64,000 nt of DNA from Tubulanus polymorphus (GCF_964204645.1 NC_134036.1:2356001-2420000); one strand, 5' to 3'; numbered from the stretch's first letter, positions 39,939 through 53,237 are shown. Program-made: numbers and translations. The notes: generated by a model from the letters alone, not told the origin.

Positions 39939-42900
39939 CAGGATTTTAGAACATCAGAATCATTTTTAATTCTAAGGTACCTCCAACGTCTGAGATATTC
40001 GTCCGAGAAAATTACCCGATCTTATCTTATAGGAATAGGCTGCGTTAACGTTTGCGGAAATTGTTGAAGGCCCCCGACTAATTATGATTTCAAACATTTT
40101 TAGGCGAATGTTTTTCGTTGTCGTAAAATCCTTTTGAAATATTTTTTATGGACTCCATGGACTCCAAAGAATTCATGCTCCACACGAAATAATGGGTTTC
40201 GGGCCCAAACGAATGATTTAATTATCTAAACGGCCGTGTAGTTTGTCTCATTCCTCAGAAATGTATTCCACAAATCAAATTCACAATCAATGAGTCATTC
40301 ACGGTTTTGGTACAGAACATACTAATATATTTGTTCAAAAACGACTTTCATTGTTGTAAATTTTATCGATTCAATCAATCAAATTCAATGCGTAAATATA
40401 TATAATTAAACCCCCGACGATTGTAGATTTTTTTCTTGACTCTCCTCAAAACGGCTGTCGACTAACGCAAACATCGTGACGTCGTAAATTCTAACGTAAA
40501 ACGCTGTCAAATCGAACCTCTAATTACAACAATGCCGACCAGTACCGACAAACCACAGAGACATTCCAACGGCTTCGACTGTGAGCTCTAAGCGGCATAA
40601 ATCAAAGCAGGTTTAAGTATCGTAATAGTTGCGCCGTTTGTGGTCGCGGCATTGAAAGGTTTTGAAAGTAACCACAGCTTTTTCCTCCCGAGTTAATAAG
40701 CACCCTATTACCGGACTCTGACCGCCTGAAGGGCATTGTCGCAGCTAACAGTGTCGCAAGCAGCGAGAGTGGCTACATTGGAAAATATCATGGAAAAGAA
40801 ACCAAAATAGTGAATCAATAACACTAATTGTATAGTATTAATACTTGTTTCGCTGTATCAGCCATAATCAGAGCTTATTCAAAAACAAAACTAGATTCAA
40901 ATTTACTCGTAAGAGTCCTCCACTCGAATATAGACTCTTGGCTAGCCCGATGTCCTTTCCCTTTTTATATCATCTACATAATCAGCTTGATGATTTTATG
41001 AAAAGTGTTCGTTATAAAGCACATGAATAAAGAAATAATAGTATTATTATTATTATCATGAATGATAGTTTTGCTGTAGGCTAGCAAAGCAGCAAAGTCT
41101 CGATCCAAATTTCTTATCTTCGAATTTAACTGTGTCGGAAATGTTTATTAACGATATGAGGAGCTTATTGAATGTTTTGACTTCATCCCAGTAATGTAGG
41201 GAGGCTGCAAGGAGCGCGGGTCATTTCTAACAACTGATATCGTTTTTTCACTTATGTTTCGGGCAGAACCTTTCCAACTATATTCACAGTTTATTCGATA
41301 TATATATATATATATACAGTTAACTGAGTAGAAATGGGGGGTGAGGGGAGGAGAGGGGGGTGCGGTATTGTAGGGTGCAGATATCACTTGTTATCATTCA
41401 CCAATATACAAGCAACACAACAATACATCTCCTAACAACAATCGCTCGTCCAGACATTAATCCTGATTAATGACCGTTTATTAGCTATATCCAATGTCAT
41501 CCGTTTCAGTAACACGCCGCGGCTATTGTATGTCTACATGTATACGGGACATTTTCCGTTGTGGGCTTTCAGGCCCAAATAAACCCAACACAACACACGT
41601 GTTCTTTATTGTTCGGAGCAAAAGCCCCCTGACAAATATTCGTGATAGTTTACGAACAGTTAACGAGATTTTTATTGCCGGACATTTTGTGAAATTGCGA
41701 CCGAAGTCGTTTTAATTTCACGCCTTGAGTCCGCCGGTCGATAATGTCTAAAATAATTTATTACCCCAATAAAAACTATAGGCCCTGAATTAACTATATT
41801 TTTGTTTTAACTCCTACAGAATTTTAATATTTTCATTTTTTGATATGTAGTTTTTTTCTGAACAGATGAGGGAAATTTTATATTATCATTTATTTCATAG
41901 GTCAGACCTGACGAGTTGTTATCACTGACTGAAAAGGGTTTTTTGCCTAAATTCTAAGGAACCGAATTTTATCCGAAGATTCAGATACCCCAATAAATCC
42001 CCCAAATAGTTTTTAAACTTACTGTTGAATTTTTATATCATCTTAGGATCACAAACTCATGGTGTTTCGTCTCCGGAAAAAAATTTAGCAAAAGATTAAA
42101 ATATTTTTTTCGCATTTTTTTTTTAGTTCTAAGTGTCTATGGATATCAGATAATCTAGTACTGAGTCTACTTTATCAAACTATCGTACGTCTGTGTGTAT
42201 ATATGTAAATACAAGTGCCTCAAAACTCGATATATCTAGAATTACAACAAATTAACTAGCAATCGATATATCCAATCATAATACCACTCTCACTATATAT
42301 CTTGATATTTTCAGCTGTTGAATTGAGATTTAGCTGATATTCTCAACACTTCGAGTGGAAAAAATCTCTCCAACTTCGAATCGATATATCCAATCATGAT
42401 TATACTTATTTCTATATACTCAAATGATATATGGGAGCTGTTTTGGAGTGAAAATCTCAGTTATATCGATATATCAGACATAAATCCGATATTATCGACT
42501 AAACTATCATATATATTTCAGACTACAAGATGTGTATCGACAACAAGATGTTATCACCTAAAATCTCATACATTTCGAATAAAATCTCAAATTATCAACA
42601 TCACATATCATCAGTCGATATTTTCCGATAATCATACTATCGAAAACAGCTCAAATCTCTCAAACTATGGTAAGAGAATATATCATTACTGAAATATCAA
42701 TATATCAACAGACACATCAATATCAGATCATTACAATGATAATTATTACATATGTTCTATATGTTTGATATATGAGATAGTTTTAATTACGTTCGATTTA
42801 TGGAAAGGTTGTATGTAACAGCACTTGGAATGGACAGACGATACACACTCTCACAATCAGGCTCTGTATCTAGTTCCACAGAGTTGTAGCGTTTAGACTC

Positions 42901-43767
42901 AATCGTAAACGGAAAAGAAAATTTAAATTATGGTGAAATTGCTATCCACGAACATCCTACTTATATTTAAATATTCACCCATACATCATATCGTTAGTTT
43001 TTTCTGTGAGCTAAAGCAGACGGTTTTTTTGCTTTGGTTTCTTTTCTCTCGAACAAAATTAACTTATCCTAGTAATACTGACCATTGAATCATTACAAAT
43101 ATTTATTTTTCTTGCTCGCAGGATAAACTAATTCTACTAAATCCCATCGTGGAATCTATTTATTCATAAGTTATATTGTTAATTTCTTCTTTGACTAAAG
43201 CAAATTTAATTCTTTATTCTTGCTTTTCTTTTTGTTTAACAAGATAAACTGATTCTACTAAATCTGATCATGGAATCATTATCTGCAAGACTGCCAATGT
43301 CAAGCCAAGACCAAAGAATTAACTTATTTCTAAAGATTCCTTTATCTCAGAACTGTGGAAATCTGGGTCCTGATCGTGCCAATGGTCTTGGAATTAATCC
43401 GAATATTTTCAAGGTATTGATCTCAGACCCGCGAAGATGATTTACGAAGACTTGGAATAAATAATAGCAAAAAAAACATGGAATAGATCTGAAAATTTTG
43501 TTTCGACCGATGGACCAAAGGTGGCAAATCACCTGAGAAAAAAAAATGCGTCAGCGACATATACGCCAAACTGTGCATTTAGCAGCGAGAGAATAAATGA
43601 AATAAAATTTATAATACCACGAATAAATATTTGAACGACTAATTAAACACAGTACAGGGTGTTTTATTATACTCAAAGTGGCACGAATCGCAGAAAGGTG
43701 TCACACGAAGTATTACTCAAACGACCCACTGTCTAATGTCAAACCGAAGCCCGTAAATACGACAGTT

Positions 43768-45006
43768 CGAGGTGCGAGGAATGAGGGCTAGAAAATTATT
43801 CCGTCAGACGATTCTCTGGAATTTTTATTTGCGAAGTGTTAAGTCAATATTACGCGAAGTGCCCATAAAAATGAACTGCGAACCGAGAGAGTTTTTAACC
43901 GATTGCGATAAAAAGCTAATTAATCGCTTAGTCTGGTTTAATGCACCTTATCGCGCAGATATCGTCAATCTGCAGCCTGGACCCTCTACCCTGTAACCCC
44001 AAAATGAACAACAAACACCAGATATTAGACATTTCATCAGCGCACTTTCAAAAACTGATCATCCACACTTCACATGTGTTCAGTGCTTCATCTGAGACAT
44101 TTCTAATTGATAATGAACTACAAACACCAGACATTAGACATTTTATCAGCACATTTTCAAAAACTGATCATCCACACTTCACATGTGTTCAGTGCTTCAC
44201 CTGAGACATTTCTAATTGAAAATGAACTACAAACACCAGATATTAGACATTTTATCAGCGCACTTTCTCAAAAACTGATCGTCCACACTTCACATGTGTT
44301 CAGTGCTTCACCTGAGACATTTCTAATTGATAATGAACTACAAACACCAGATATTAGACATTTTATCAGCACACTTTCTCAAAAACTGATCATCCACGAT
44401 TGACGCTATGTTCGATACCACAAATACCAGAGACATCGAGGTGCGAGGAATGAGGGAAATTTCGGGCTAGAAAATTATTCCGTCAGACGATTCTCTGGAA
44501 TTTTTATTTGCGATGTGTTCAGTCAATATTACGCGAAGTGCCCATAAAAATGAACTGCGAACCGAGAGAGTTTTTAACCGATTGCGATAAAAAGCTTATT
44601 AATTGCTTAGTCAGGTTTTTATGCACCTTATCGCGCAGATATCGTCAATCTGCAGCCTGGACCCTCTTCCCTGTAACCCCAAAATGAACTACAAACACCA
44701 GATATAAGACATTTTATCAGCACACTTTCAAAAACTGATCGTCCACACTTCACATGTGTTCAGTGCTTCTCCTGAGACATTTCTAATTTAAAATGGACTA
44801 CAAACATCAGATATTAGACATTTTATCAGCACACTTTCAAAAACTGATCGTCCACACTTCACATGTGTTCAGTGCTTCACCTGAGACATTTCTAATTGAA
44901 AATGAACTACAAACATCAGATATTAGACATTTTATCAGCACACTTTCTCAAAAACTGATCATCCACGATTGACGCTATGTTCGATACCACAAATACCAGA
45001 GACATC
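43768..45006. repeat. Higher-order duplication: ~670-bp unit made of a ~230-bp head plus an array of ~110-bp monomers
   Basis: CGAGGTGCGAGGAATGAGGG at 43768 and 44437; monomer ATGAACTACAAACACCAGATATTAGACATTTT repeats. Confidence 0.95.
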
Positions 45007-46094
45007 TGGAATTTTTATCAGCATTGGATGATAAGAAATGACCTTAGTTTGGCATCGAATGTCCGTCAAAAACAATGACAGTCGATTGAGGAGCTACACA
45101 AAGTTTGACATCTTATATTGACATGATTAAACAAAAATCTCGGATTAAACAATTAACAGATTAAACCCGAAGACTCACCTATACCAAGGCAATATATACA
45201 ACGATAATCTGTGATAATCCGATTATAATCCAATGGAATTAAAAATAATCCAATATATTTAAATATGTCTCGTTAATCCAGAAGAATCAAGAAATATCGA
45301 TAGTTAGATATTTGAGGCAGTATTCATATGAAACTTCCAATTTTCAATATCAAATCTCAACGTCAATGTGGGAAAAAATCCAGAATCACTTCTTTTTAAT
45401 CGGAGATTTTATCCGTTAAATCGTGAAAACATTTCTATTTTCGAGACACGCGAACAATTGATATCGTGTATTCCAGAATTCCGACGTCGAAAGCGAATGA
45501 AATGATTATTTCACTCCTTCACTTTTAGTAAGAATCAAAATATAGTATTCTTTTTTAAGTCTGAGTTTTTAGTTTTGCATATGATTTTCACATTTCGTGT
45601 TGCCTGAATTCCACGAAAAAAAATGCACAAAACACCAACTGCCGAATGATGATATTTCAAAATCCGATATATCGTCTTTACATCCGATATAAATTCAAAC
45701 TCGTCAGTACTGCTTCACTGTGACAGTAACTTTTATCTAAACAGACAAAACTGGCAGACGATAGTTCCCGAGTAAACCAAGTTCGATATTTCCGATTCAG
45801 ACTCTTCCAATTCAGCAAAATTCTAACAAAAAAATTGTCGTCGTTGGAATTTTGTCGGCGATGTTGAGAGTATCGGTAAAGATTTTCCGACACTCCGGTA
45901 AACCGAGTGACACTCGCGCACACTCGCAGGTCAGTCCGGTGTAAAATCTAGTACTGGTGTATTATAACACTGTCGCAATGTCTAAATGCAGAATAGTCGT
46001 CTGCGAATCCTGTCGGCGCAGTACGTGATTATATTATTACACAGTTCTGGTCGCCGGCCGTGGTTTGAATTCAAATTCGATGACTATAAAGATT

Positions 46095-46376
46095 ATTTGA
46101 TATTTGATATTTCAAAGTATAGAAAGACGACCAGAATTCTTTTTCGGATATTTTTTCTTTCTGAGTCTGGGATTTTCTACAACAACCGAAAAAATATTGT
46201 CCAAAATTAATATCAAATCTTCATTCAATCCGATAATTATAAAGAATATTTGATATTTCAAATAGAAAGACGACAAGAGTTTTTTTCGGATAGTTTTTCT
46301 TTCTGAGTCTGGGATTTTCTATAACATCAAAAAATATTGCCCAAAATCAATACCAAATCTTCATTTAATTCGATGA
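46095..46376. repeat. ~150-bp direct duplication
   Basis: TTTTCTTTCTGAGTCTGGGATTTTCTA occurs twice. Confidence 0.85.
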
Positions 46377-46932
46377 CAATAAATTATTCGTATTTATCTT
46401 GTATTACGAATTTTCGTCAGTACTGAGGGAAATACTACGTATATCTCCTGAGTCTTGTAATAAAAAAAACTGTCAATTGAATTTCTTTCTTCTGTATTTA
46501 GATATATATTTGGTATAATTCCTCCTTTCTTCATATATTACGGTGACATAGAGATAAAACTGAATTTAATCGAAATGTCTCCGATTTCGTGCCCGAAGCT
46601 CTATACACTACCGGGCTAGTATACTTCATTACTATATACATTAAATTTCACACTGTTATCGCAATCATCAAATATTGACTTCATTCGCTGCTTGAGATTG
46701 ATATATCACTATCGAGTACGCGTATACAGCTATATTGATATATCATTCAATTGGTCAGTACACACGACTACCTGAATTATAGAAACCTTTGACCCATCGC
46801 GTCCAGAGCTGACGAAGTCAGTTTTATCAGTAACAAATTGAAATTGGCTCGAAGAACATTTCATAGAAATGATTAAATAAAACTGGTCATAAATCGGTCA
46901 TAAATCTTGGATCGTGAAGACAATAAAATTAT

Positions 46933-46936
<4 letters not shown>

Positions 46937-46980
<44 letters not shown>

Positions 46981-46990
46981 GAATAATAAT
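46937..46990. repeat. (AAT)n microsatellite
   Basis: Direct inspection. Confidence 0.95.
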
Positions 46991-47327
46991 CATGATGAAA
47001 TTATAACGATAATTAATATTTCTATATGGTGCCTTTTACGCCTTACAGACGATTTTATATGAAATTATACACAGCCATTACAAATATTTCAAATACAAGT
47101 TTCATTAAAATAAAATTAAAACAAAAGGGATTAAATAAATTTTCTTGAGCTATATATCTCATATCAAAGGCATCCGATTTCATAAGGTTGATATCCCTTT
47201 CGGAATATACTAGGAGCTTAGAATTTTAGGTTGAAAGACCCTGAAGGGATATCAATATACAGGGTTTAAACAGTTTACCATCTAGACTAGAACTCTCTAT
47301 GACAAAACGAGTGTAAGTAAGTTATTG

Positions 47328-47430
47328 TGGCCCCCTGGTGTTTTAACGGGTAACTATCGAAGCAGACGATCTAGCGGACAATACACGCGGTGTCAGGGGT
47401 CAGACACTCGACTCTAGCGCCCCCTGGCGA
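47328..47430 (-). promoter_or_regulatory. Two CTCF-like motifs in minus orientation
   Basis: Reverse complements CACCAGGGGGCCA (47328-47340) and TCGCCAGGGGGCGC (47417-47430). Confidence 0.5.
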
Positions 47431-47554
47431 GAGCTATTGACAAACGGCAGGCGGCCACTAACCAAAACCATTTACATTGTTACCGTACACACTTATATTA
47501 ATTATCACATAGTGCGCTAATCGTCTGCAAAATTCCGAGCGTTAATGAAATAAC

Positions 47555-48090
47555 GGAATTATTATAATCCGATTATTATTACGATAGATATTAATAAATT
47601 ATTATCACTATATCATATTGCTTGTATTCCTAACGCCACAAAGGCTCTTAAGAGAATATTAGACGGACGTACTATTAAGAAACAGTTAAAACGAACAGAG
47701 GAACGTTAGTACGATATCCGTTTATTTGTATTGAGTCAGAGGGAAAAGGAAAAATGACCAAACCGAATCGGAATTTCACATCGAAAAATCGTTTAAAATA
47801 TAGTAAGAACTGAAATAAGACTGCTATATTTACTATATTCGCAGATTTATGAAATAACTCCCAACGAATTATTATAATCCGATAATCATTACGATAGATA
47901 TTAATATGATAATTATTACGATATATATTAATATATAATTATTACCCTACGGCGCCTATAGTACAGAATGAAATAATTCACTATATTCGTAGATTATTGA
48001 AATAACGCCTAATAGCGAACTATTATAATCCGATTATTATTACGATAGATATTTATATACAAGATAATATATCATTATTACTATATATTG
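47555..48090. repeat. Three dispersed-tandem copies of TTATTATAATCCGATTATTATTACGATAGATATT
   Basis: At ~47559, ~47869 and ~48021. Confidence 0.8.
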
Positions 48091-49516
48091 CCTGATGTCT
48101 ACGAAATGGAATAAGGAAGTAGCCTACTGGCCTAAATTATTGTAATTTAAATCGTTAACAAAATATCAATATAATAATCTACTTTATTTACAGGGGCCGG
48201 AAAGTATAGTTAATCTATTTTTAGAACGGTAGATTAAATCGTGGTATTTCTGTCGCACAAACGGCTCGGAGAGTGACATGTTTTGAAGTGATTAATGGTT
48301 TGTTTATTGTTTGGGCCTCGGGGCAAATTTCACCGGGGCCGCCCTCACAACAATTCACTGGACGCCAGACTGTTATATCTGTACAATCATTTAATGAATA
48401 TCTATTATTCTAATTAGCAGTTTCATGTGAACAAAAAATAATTTTTTACGTAGTAAACAGTATTTCAATAAACATTGATGTTGTTTCAGTAAAGTCAAAG
48501 CGATTTATGAGGTTTAAGAGGCCCACGATTTTTTCATGTCATAGTGGGATTTATGTATGAAGGCGGTCATCTTTTCTTGAATTTTCTGTATCAGCGAATC
48601 AATTTGATGAAGTCATACGGACATTAATGGAAATAATCGATTGTTTCTCTAAAAATCATTAGGAATTTGTCGACGTCATTGGTGTATTACGGAAGGAGCC
48701 GTTGCTTGTGAAATTCTTTGTAGTAACTATGATGTCATAGGGGGATTAATGAGGACGTGTTGATATCTTGGAAGGTCCTATATTACGACTTGATTTGATG
48801 ATGTCAGAGAGGAATTTTCGGAGGCAGCCATTTTATCTGTAGTTGCCGGGCATGGAAAATGACCGCATCGTTCAATACCCGTGACGGCTCCACAAATTAG
48901 ATCACGTCGCGCGGGATAAATAATCATTAACCGAAAATAAGACATAGTGTTATTCAGCCCCGCCCCTGCCAGTCGGACCGGAATGAAAATACGCCATTAA
49001 CAAAGCGTAAAAAGCGGTCGTCGGACTCGACACGACGAATCCAATAATGAGTCCCACCCCGGATCGCAACCGTCAACAACATGATAGGCAAAAAAAGAAC
49101 GAACTCCAGCGTAATCAATATACGTGCGGAACATGCACGGAATACGGAATCGGACATCGACAACTCGTCTGCGGAACATAAATTAGATAATGTGACAATC
49201 AACCGTTCAGGTTATCGGTTGGGGGGAAGGGGTGAGCGGGGGTTCATTTGCTGTGGCGGAGTGGTCTGTAAACAAGGTGTGTAACGAGGTCCCGCGATGA
49301 TCGATGGCGGATTAATCTTGATTAATCGACTGGAAGCAGACGGATCGACGAGAACAGAGAGCTCCACTCGAACTCTTGAGTATCTCGCGACTTACAGAAA
49401 CAACAACACGACGTCTCATAACCGCACGAGAAGAGCAGACGACATTCTAACATTGAACCGTCGATCGAAAAAATGATTGATAACAAAAATGATAAAATTA
49501 GTCGTTTGCAGTTATC

Positions 49517-49639
49517 CCGCTAGGTGGGGTATTTGTTGCTGCATCCGATATACCGCTAGATGGCACGCAGTGCTAAACAAGAAATCATCCCGCTAGGTGG
49601 CGTACCTCGCGCTGCACAGGGTATCCAGCTAGATGGCAT
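49517..49639 (+). promoter_or_regulatory. Four CTCF-like motifs at 36-37 bp spacing
   Basis: CCGCTAGGTGGGG (49517), CCGCTAGATGGCA (49553), CCGCTAGGTGGCG (49590), CAGCTAGATGGCA (49626); resemble the CCRCYAGRKGGC core; spacers diverged. Confidence 0.55.
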
Positions 49640-49968
49640 GTACCTGTGATGTTTAAAATTTCGTTTACTTTAGGGTCTATTTGTAGTTTCCAAAGATTTG
49701 CGAGTTAATAAAGCAGCTAGGCAGAAAACCCGTTATAGCTGCTTTGCGGCTATATTGTTTTTTTTTTTATAATCATGTTTATACTCTGAATTCCTTCATA
49801 AACCATAGAAATGATCGCAATGTTAATAAATCTATTCTTATTCAGACATTCGAATTGTCTACGTCTAAAGCATTGAACACATTAGTTTCAGGTGGCGCAA
49901 GATTTATTTTTCTAACATCGCGACCGTTGGCTGATAATAGGACATTCTAACACGTGGATCAACAAGTA

Positions 49969-50040
49969 GCGTTCGTGGTGTAAAGGTTAGCATCGTTGCC
50001 TTCCAAGCAATGGATCCGGGTTCGATTCCCGGCGAACGCA
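49969..50040 (+). tRNA. tRNA-Gly-TCC: tRNA-Gly, anticodon TCC (copy 1)
   Basis: 72 nt; acceptor stem GCGTTCG/CGAACGC plus discriminator A; D arm with TGGTGTAAAGG (A box); anticodon arm GTTGC-CTTCCAA-GCAAT; T arm CCGGG-TTCGATT-CCCGG (B box); T-rich run downstream. Confidence 0.97.
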
Positions 50041-50163
50041 CGAATTTATATTTTCCTCACGAAATCTTCGGAATCTTTTCTTTTTAATGTTTAAAGATCC
50101 ACTGAATACTCAGATTCAAAATAAAGCTTCTTTTTCTAAACCTATTTCAAAATAGTCAAAGAA

Positions 50164-50195
<32 letters not shown>

Positions 50196-50291
50196 GTACC
50201 AATATAGAAAAATGTAGGCTCAGCATTAATTTTGACATGAATGACCACGACCTAGGAATTTATGACTACTTAAATTCATTGCGCATAAGCG

Positions 50292-50363
50292 GCGTTCGTG
50301 GTGTAAAGGTTAGCATCGTTGCCTTCCAAGCAATGGATCCGGGTTCGATTCCCGGCGAACGCA
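50292..50363 (+). tRNA. tRNA-Gly-TCC: tRNA-Gly, anticodon TCC (copy 2)
   Basis: Identical 72-nt sequence to copy 1, followed by a TTTTT Pol III terminator. Confidence 0.97.
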
Positions 50364-50497
50364 CGACTTTTTCTCACAAATTATTCCAAAAAAATCTAAT
50401 CATACGAATGCTCTTCATTAATCCTTTTCAAAACATCTCTTATTTTCATAACTCCGTGGTATCGTTTTTAAAATTTTGAAATCAAACACCCGGTTTC

Positions 50498-50653
50498 CCG
50501 GTTTCATAGACTGAGTAACAAAGTTATCCCTAGGGGTAAATCCTCAATCTGGGTAACAACCACCATGGTTACAATGAGAAACCATGGTAATAACTGACAA
50601 ATTTCAAAATGTTCCCAGGGACTATTTTTCTTCCACATCTATGAAACCGAACC
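50498..50653. mobile_element. MITE family E
   Basis: TIR CGGTTTCATAGA/TCTATGAAACCG; homolog at 24859-24995 shares AAACCATGGTAATAAC-GACAAA-TTTCAAAAT. Confidence 0.7.
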
Positions 50654-52179
50654 CTGAGCAACAATATTTTTTACTAGGCAACGACCTTATCTTAACCGTC
50701 ATCATTATCTTCCATCGTAATTATTTCCTTTTTTACAATTAATTTCAATGACATAAAATTCAATATCTAAACTATTTGACACGATACTTAAAGTTCGTCT
50801 GCCCTAAAAGAAATATATTTCTCGAATCCTCTGAGAAGAACGAACTGTTCGTTCGGGGAATATGGCGACTGACGGTCGTTAATTAGAAACGAAAAACGGA
50901 TGACATTGTTGTGAAAAAAAATCCATATTTTCGTAGAAGGATATCGAAATTATTCCCGTGGTTTTGTATAAATTCCTTTGCCATGCGTTCACTGGTCGGG
51001 ACGTTACAAGAATTTAATAATAGCAAAATCTATTTCGGTCGTGATCAATCATCGCTTAATATCAAACCAAACAGTCACAAGTCAGTATAGTGAGAGTGAT
51101 ATTTCAAAGTAACGCACGATTTTCTCTCGTAGTTTCGTTTCGATATATCGATTTCGGATTTAGAATTGTTATAGGATTTCGGAGGGAGGGAGATGGGAAG
51201 TAAAGTTAACGTGAGAAGGAGAGTGGGAACAAAACAGGGAGATTCAGTCAGAAATATTTCGAAAATCTAATATGGCCACCAGTCAGCCTTTTTGCTGTTA
51301 TTTTAATAGATTCAAAGCTACACACACAAGATATTCGCATAAAATCTAATATAGCCACCAGACAGCCTTTTTCCTTTTATTTCAGTAGATCCAAAGCTAT
51401 GCACACCAAAGATATTCCCATAAAATTAAAGATAGCCGCCAGTCAGCCACGTTGGAGCGGTCCCAGTCAAAGGACATCAGACTTCAGACTGCATACAACC
51501 AACATTCATGTTGATAAGTTCCAAGACAATAAATCTTCGGAATTTAATAAGGTCACCAATCGGCCTTTTTGGATGGGTTCTCAAACCAACAACTCCGATA
51601 TATAGTTGGAACCAAATACAACAAGATTCCATCGAGAGGTCCTCACCGGTAGAGGAAACAATTCCGAAGGTGCACTGGTTGCGGGTTGCAAATAGCGATA
51701 TCAAAAACACCTAACCAAACAAGATAACCCGATATTTTTCTAAAAGTTCCAAAAGATGAGAACAATTCACTAATTAGCTGAAACTACTAAATAGAAGTAG
51801 TAGCCATCGCCACCTGAGCTCGCTAGCGACATGGGACGTTGATGCCATGAACTGCTAAATGTAATTAACTTTGTAATATAAGTTTAATAGAGACCCACTG
51901 CTCCATCCTGTCATACGCAGAACATCATAATTACGTCTAAATTCAAAATTGTCGAAGATAATTATTACAGACAATAATGACGGTTAATTAAGGTGGTTGC
52001 CTGGTTACAATGTTGAAACCGTTGAAGTCGTTTTATTTGAAAATTTGAAATTCCACGAAATATCTCGTAGATAAAGATCTAGAGATGACGGGATGTCTTG
52101 ACATAGTTTATTGAAGGCATTCGATCTGATTAGAATAAAATGTTGGGATATTTAATTTCGTGAGAAAAAAATAAATTCC

Positions 52180-52251
52180 TGCGTTCGCCGGGAATCGAAC
52201 CCGGATCCATTGCTTGGAAGGCAACGATGCTAACCTTTACACCACGAACGC
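52180..52251 (-). tRNA. tRNA-Gly-TCC: tRNA-Gly, anticodon TCC (copy 3, inverted)
   Basis: Exact reverse complement of copies 1 and 2; the A-run near 52165-52171 is a T-run terminator on the minus strand. Confidence 0.97.
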
Positions 52252-53237
52252 CGCTTATACACAGCGCATTTCGAATAGGGACCCATTTCTAACACGTGGT
52301 CACGAGTTAAAAAAAAAATCTTCGGCCATCTGAATGCAGCATATTGCGTGTTAACAGATGGTAACATATCTTATACGGGTTTATGTCTATTTCTATACGC
52401 GGAATGTACCGCATGTTTCCTTAATTCGATGATGTCATAAGGTTTAGCCATTATTCGATATTTTCGCATCAATTCGCATCAATTAAATGACGTCATAGGG
52501 GGATTAGCTGCCATCATTTCTTTAAGTGTATCATATCAAGTGTATCAGTCATCAAGATCATGATGTCATAGGGGGATTAGAAGCAGATCTTTACGATATC
52601 AATCGCGACGTCATTAGTACATTTCTAGCCGTCGCTGTTTTTTTATATTACGTCATAAGGACATCGGAGGGCGCAGACATATTTACGGGAAGGAATGATT
52701 CCCGAGATGGTTGTTTTGGGTAAGAATCTCAGAAATGCGCAGTTGTCACCACGCGACAGGCGCGGGTGGTACAGATATGTAAAAACGTTCATTTGCCTGA
52801 ATTGCTGGGTTCAATCTTTCAACAGACGACAGGCTGATTAACGGACAGCTAGTCAGTCTGCTGATAGGTATACTGATTGATAAGACACTGATAAGCGCTT
52901 ATTACATTGTCTAAATTGTCACGTCTGCCGATGAACAGGTGACGGTAACAGTGAAATAAACACCGCCCATTTTAATCAGTCTCTGTCCTCCCCTCTCTCT
53001 CCTCCAACCGCCCTGATTCTGAGGAGATACTGACATTGTCCTTTTGATAATCAAAGGTAGGAAATTGATTAGAGTTCGTTCCAAAATACAAAACTTCTAA
53101 AACAGAAATTGAAGTTAGAAACTTATCGTTAAAAGCCTCTTTTAATTGGCATTCACTGTTTCTTAACAAAAATTGACCGTTTTTTGCAATATTACCTAGA
53201 CGACAGAGTATCAATAAATAATGAATTCCTCTGAAGA

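Noticed and set aside
40114-40135. TTCGTTGTCGT match to miR-981/miR-76
   Set aside because: 3' half diverges and there is no upstream complementary arm
42757-42778. ATATGTTTGATATAT match to miR-190
   Set aside because: AT-rich chance match; 5' end differs and no complementary arm
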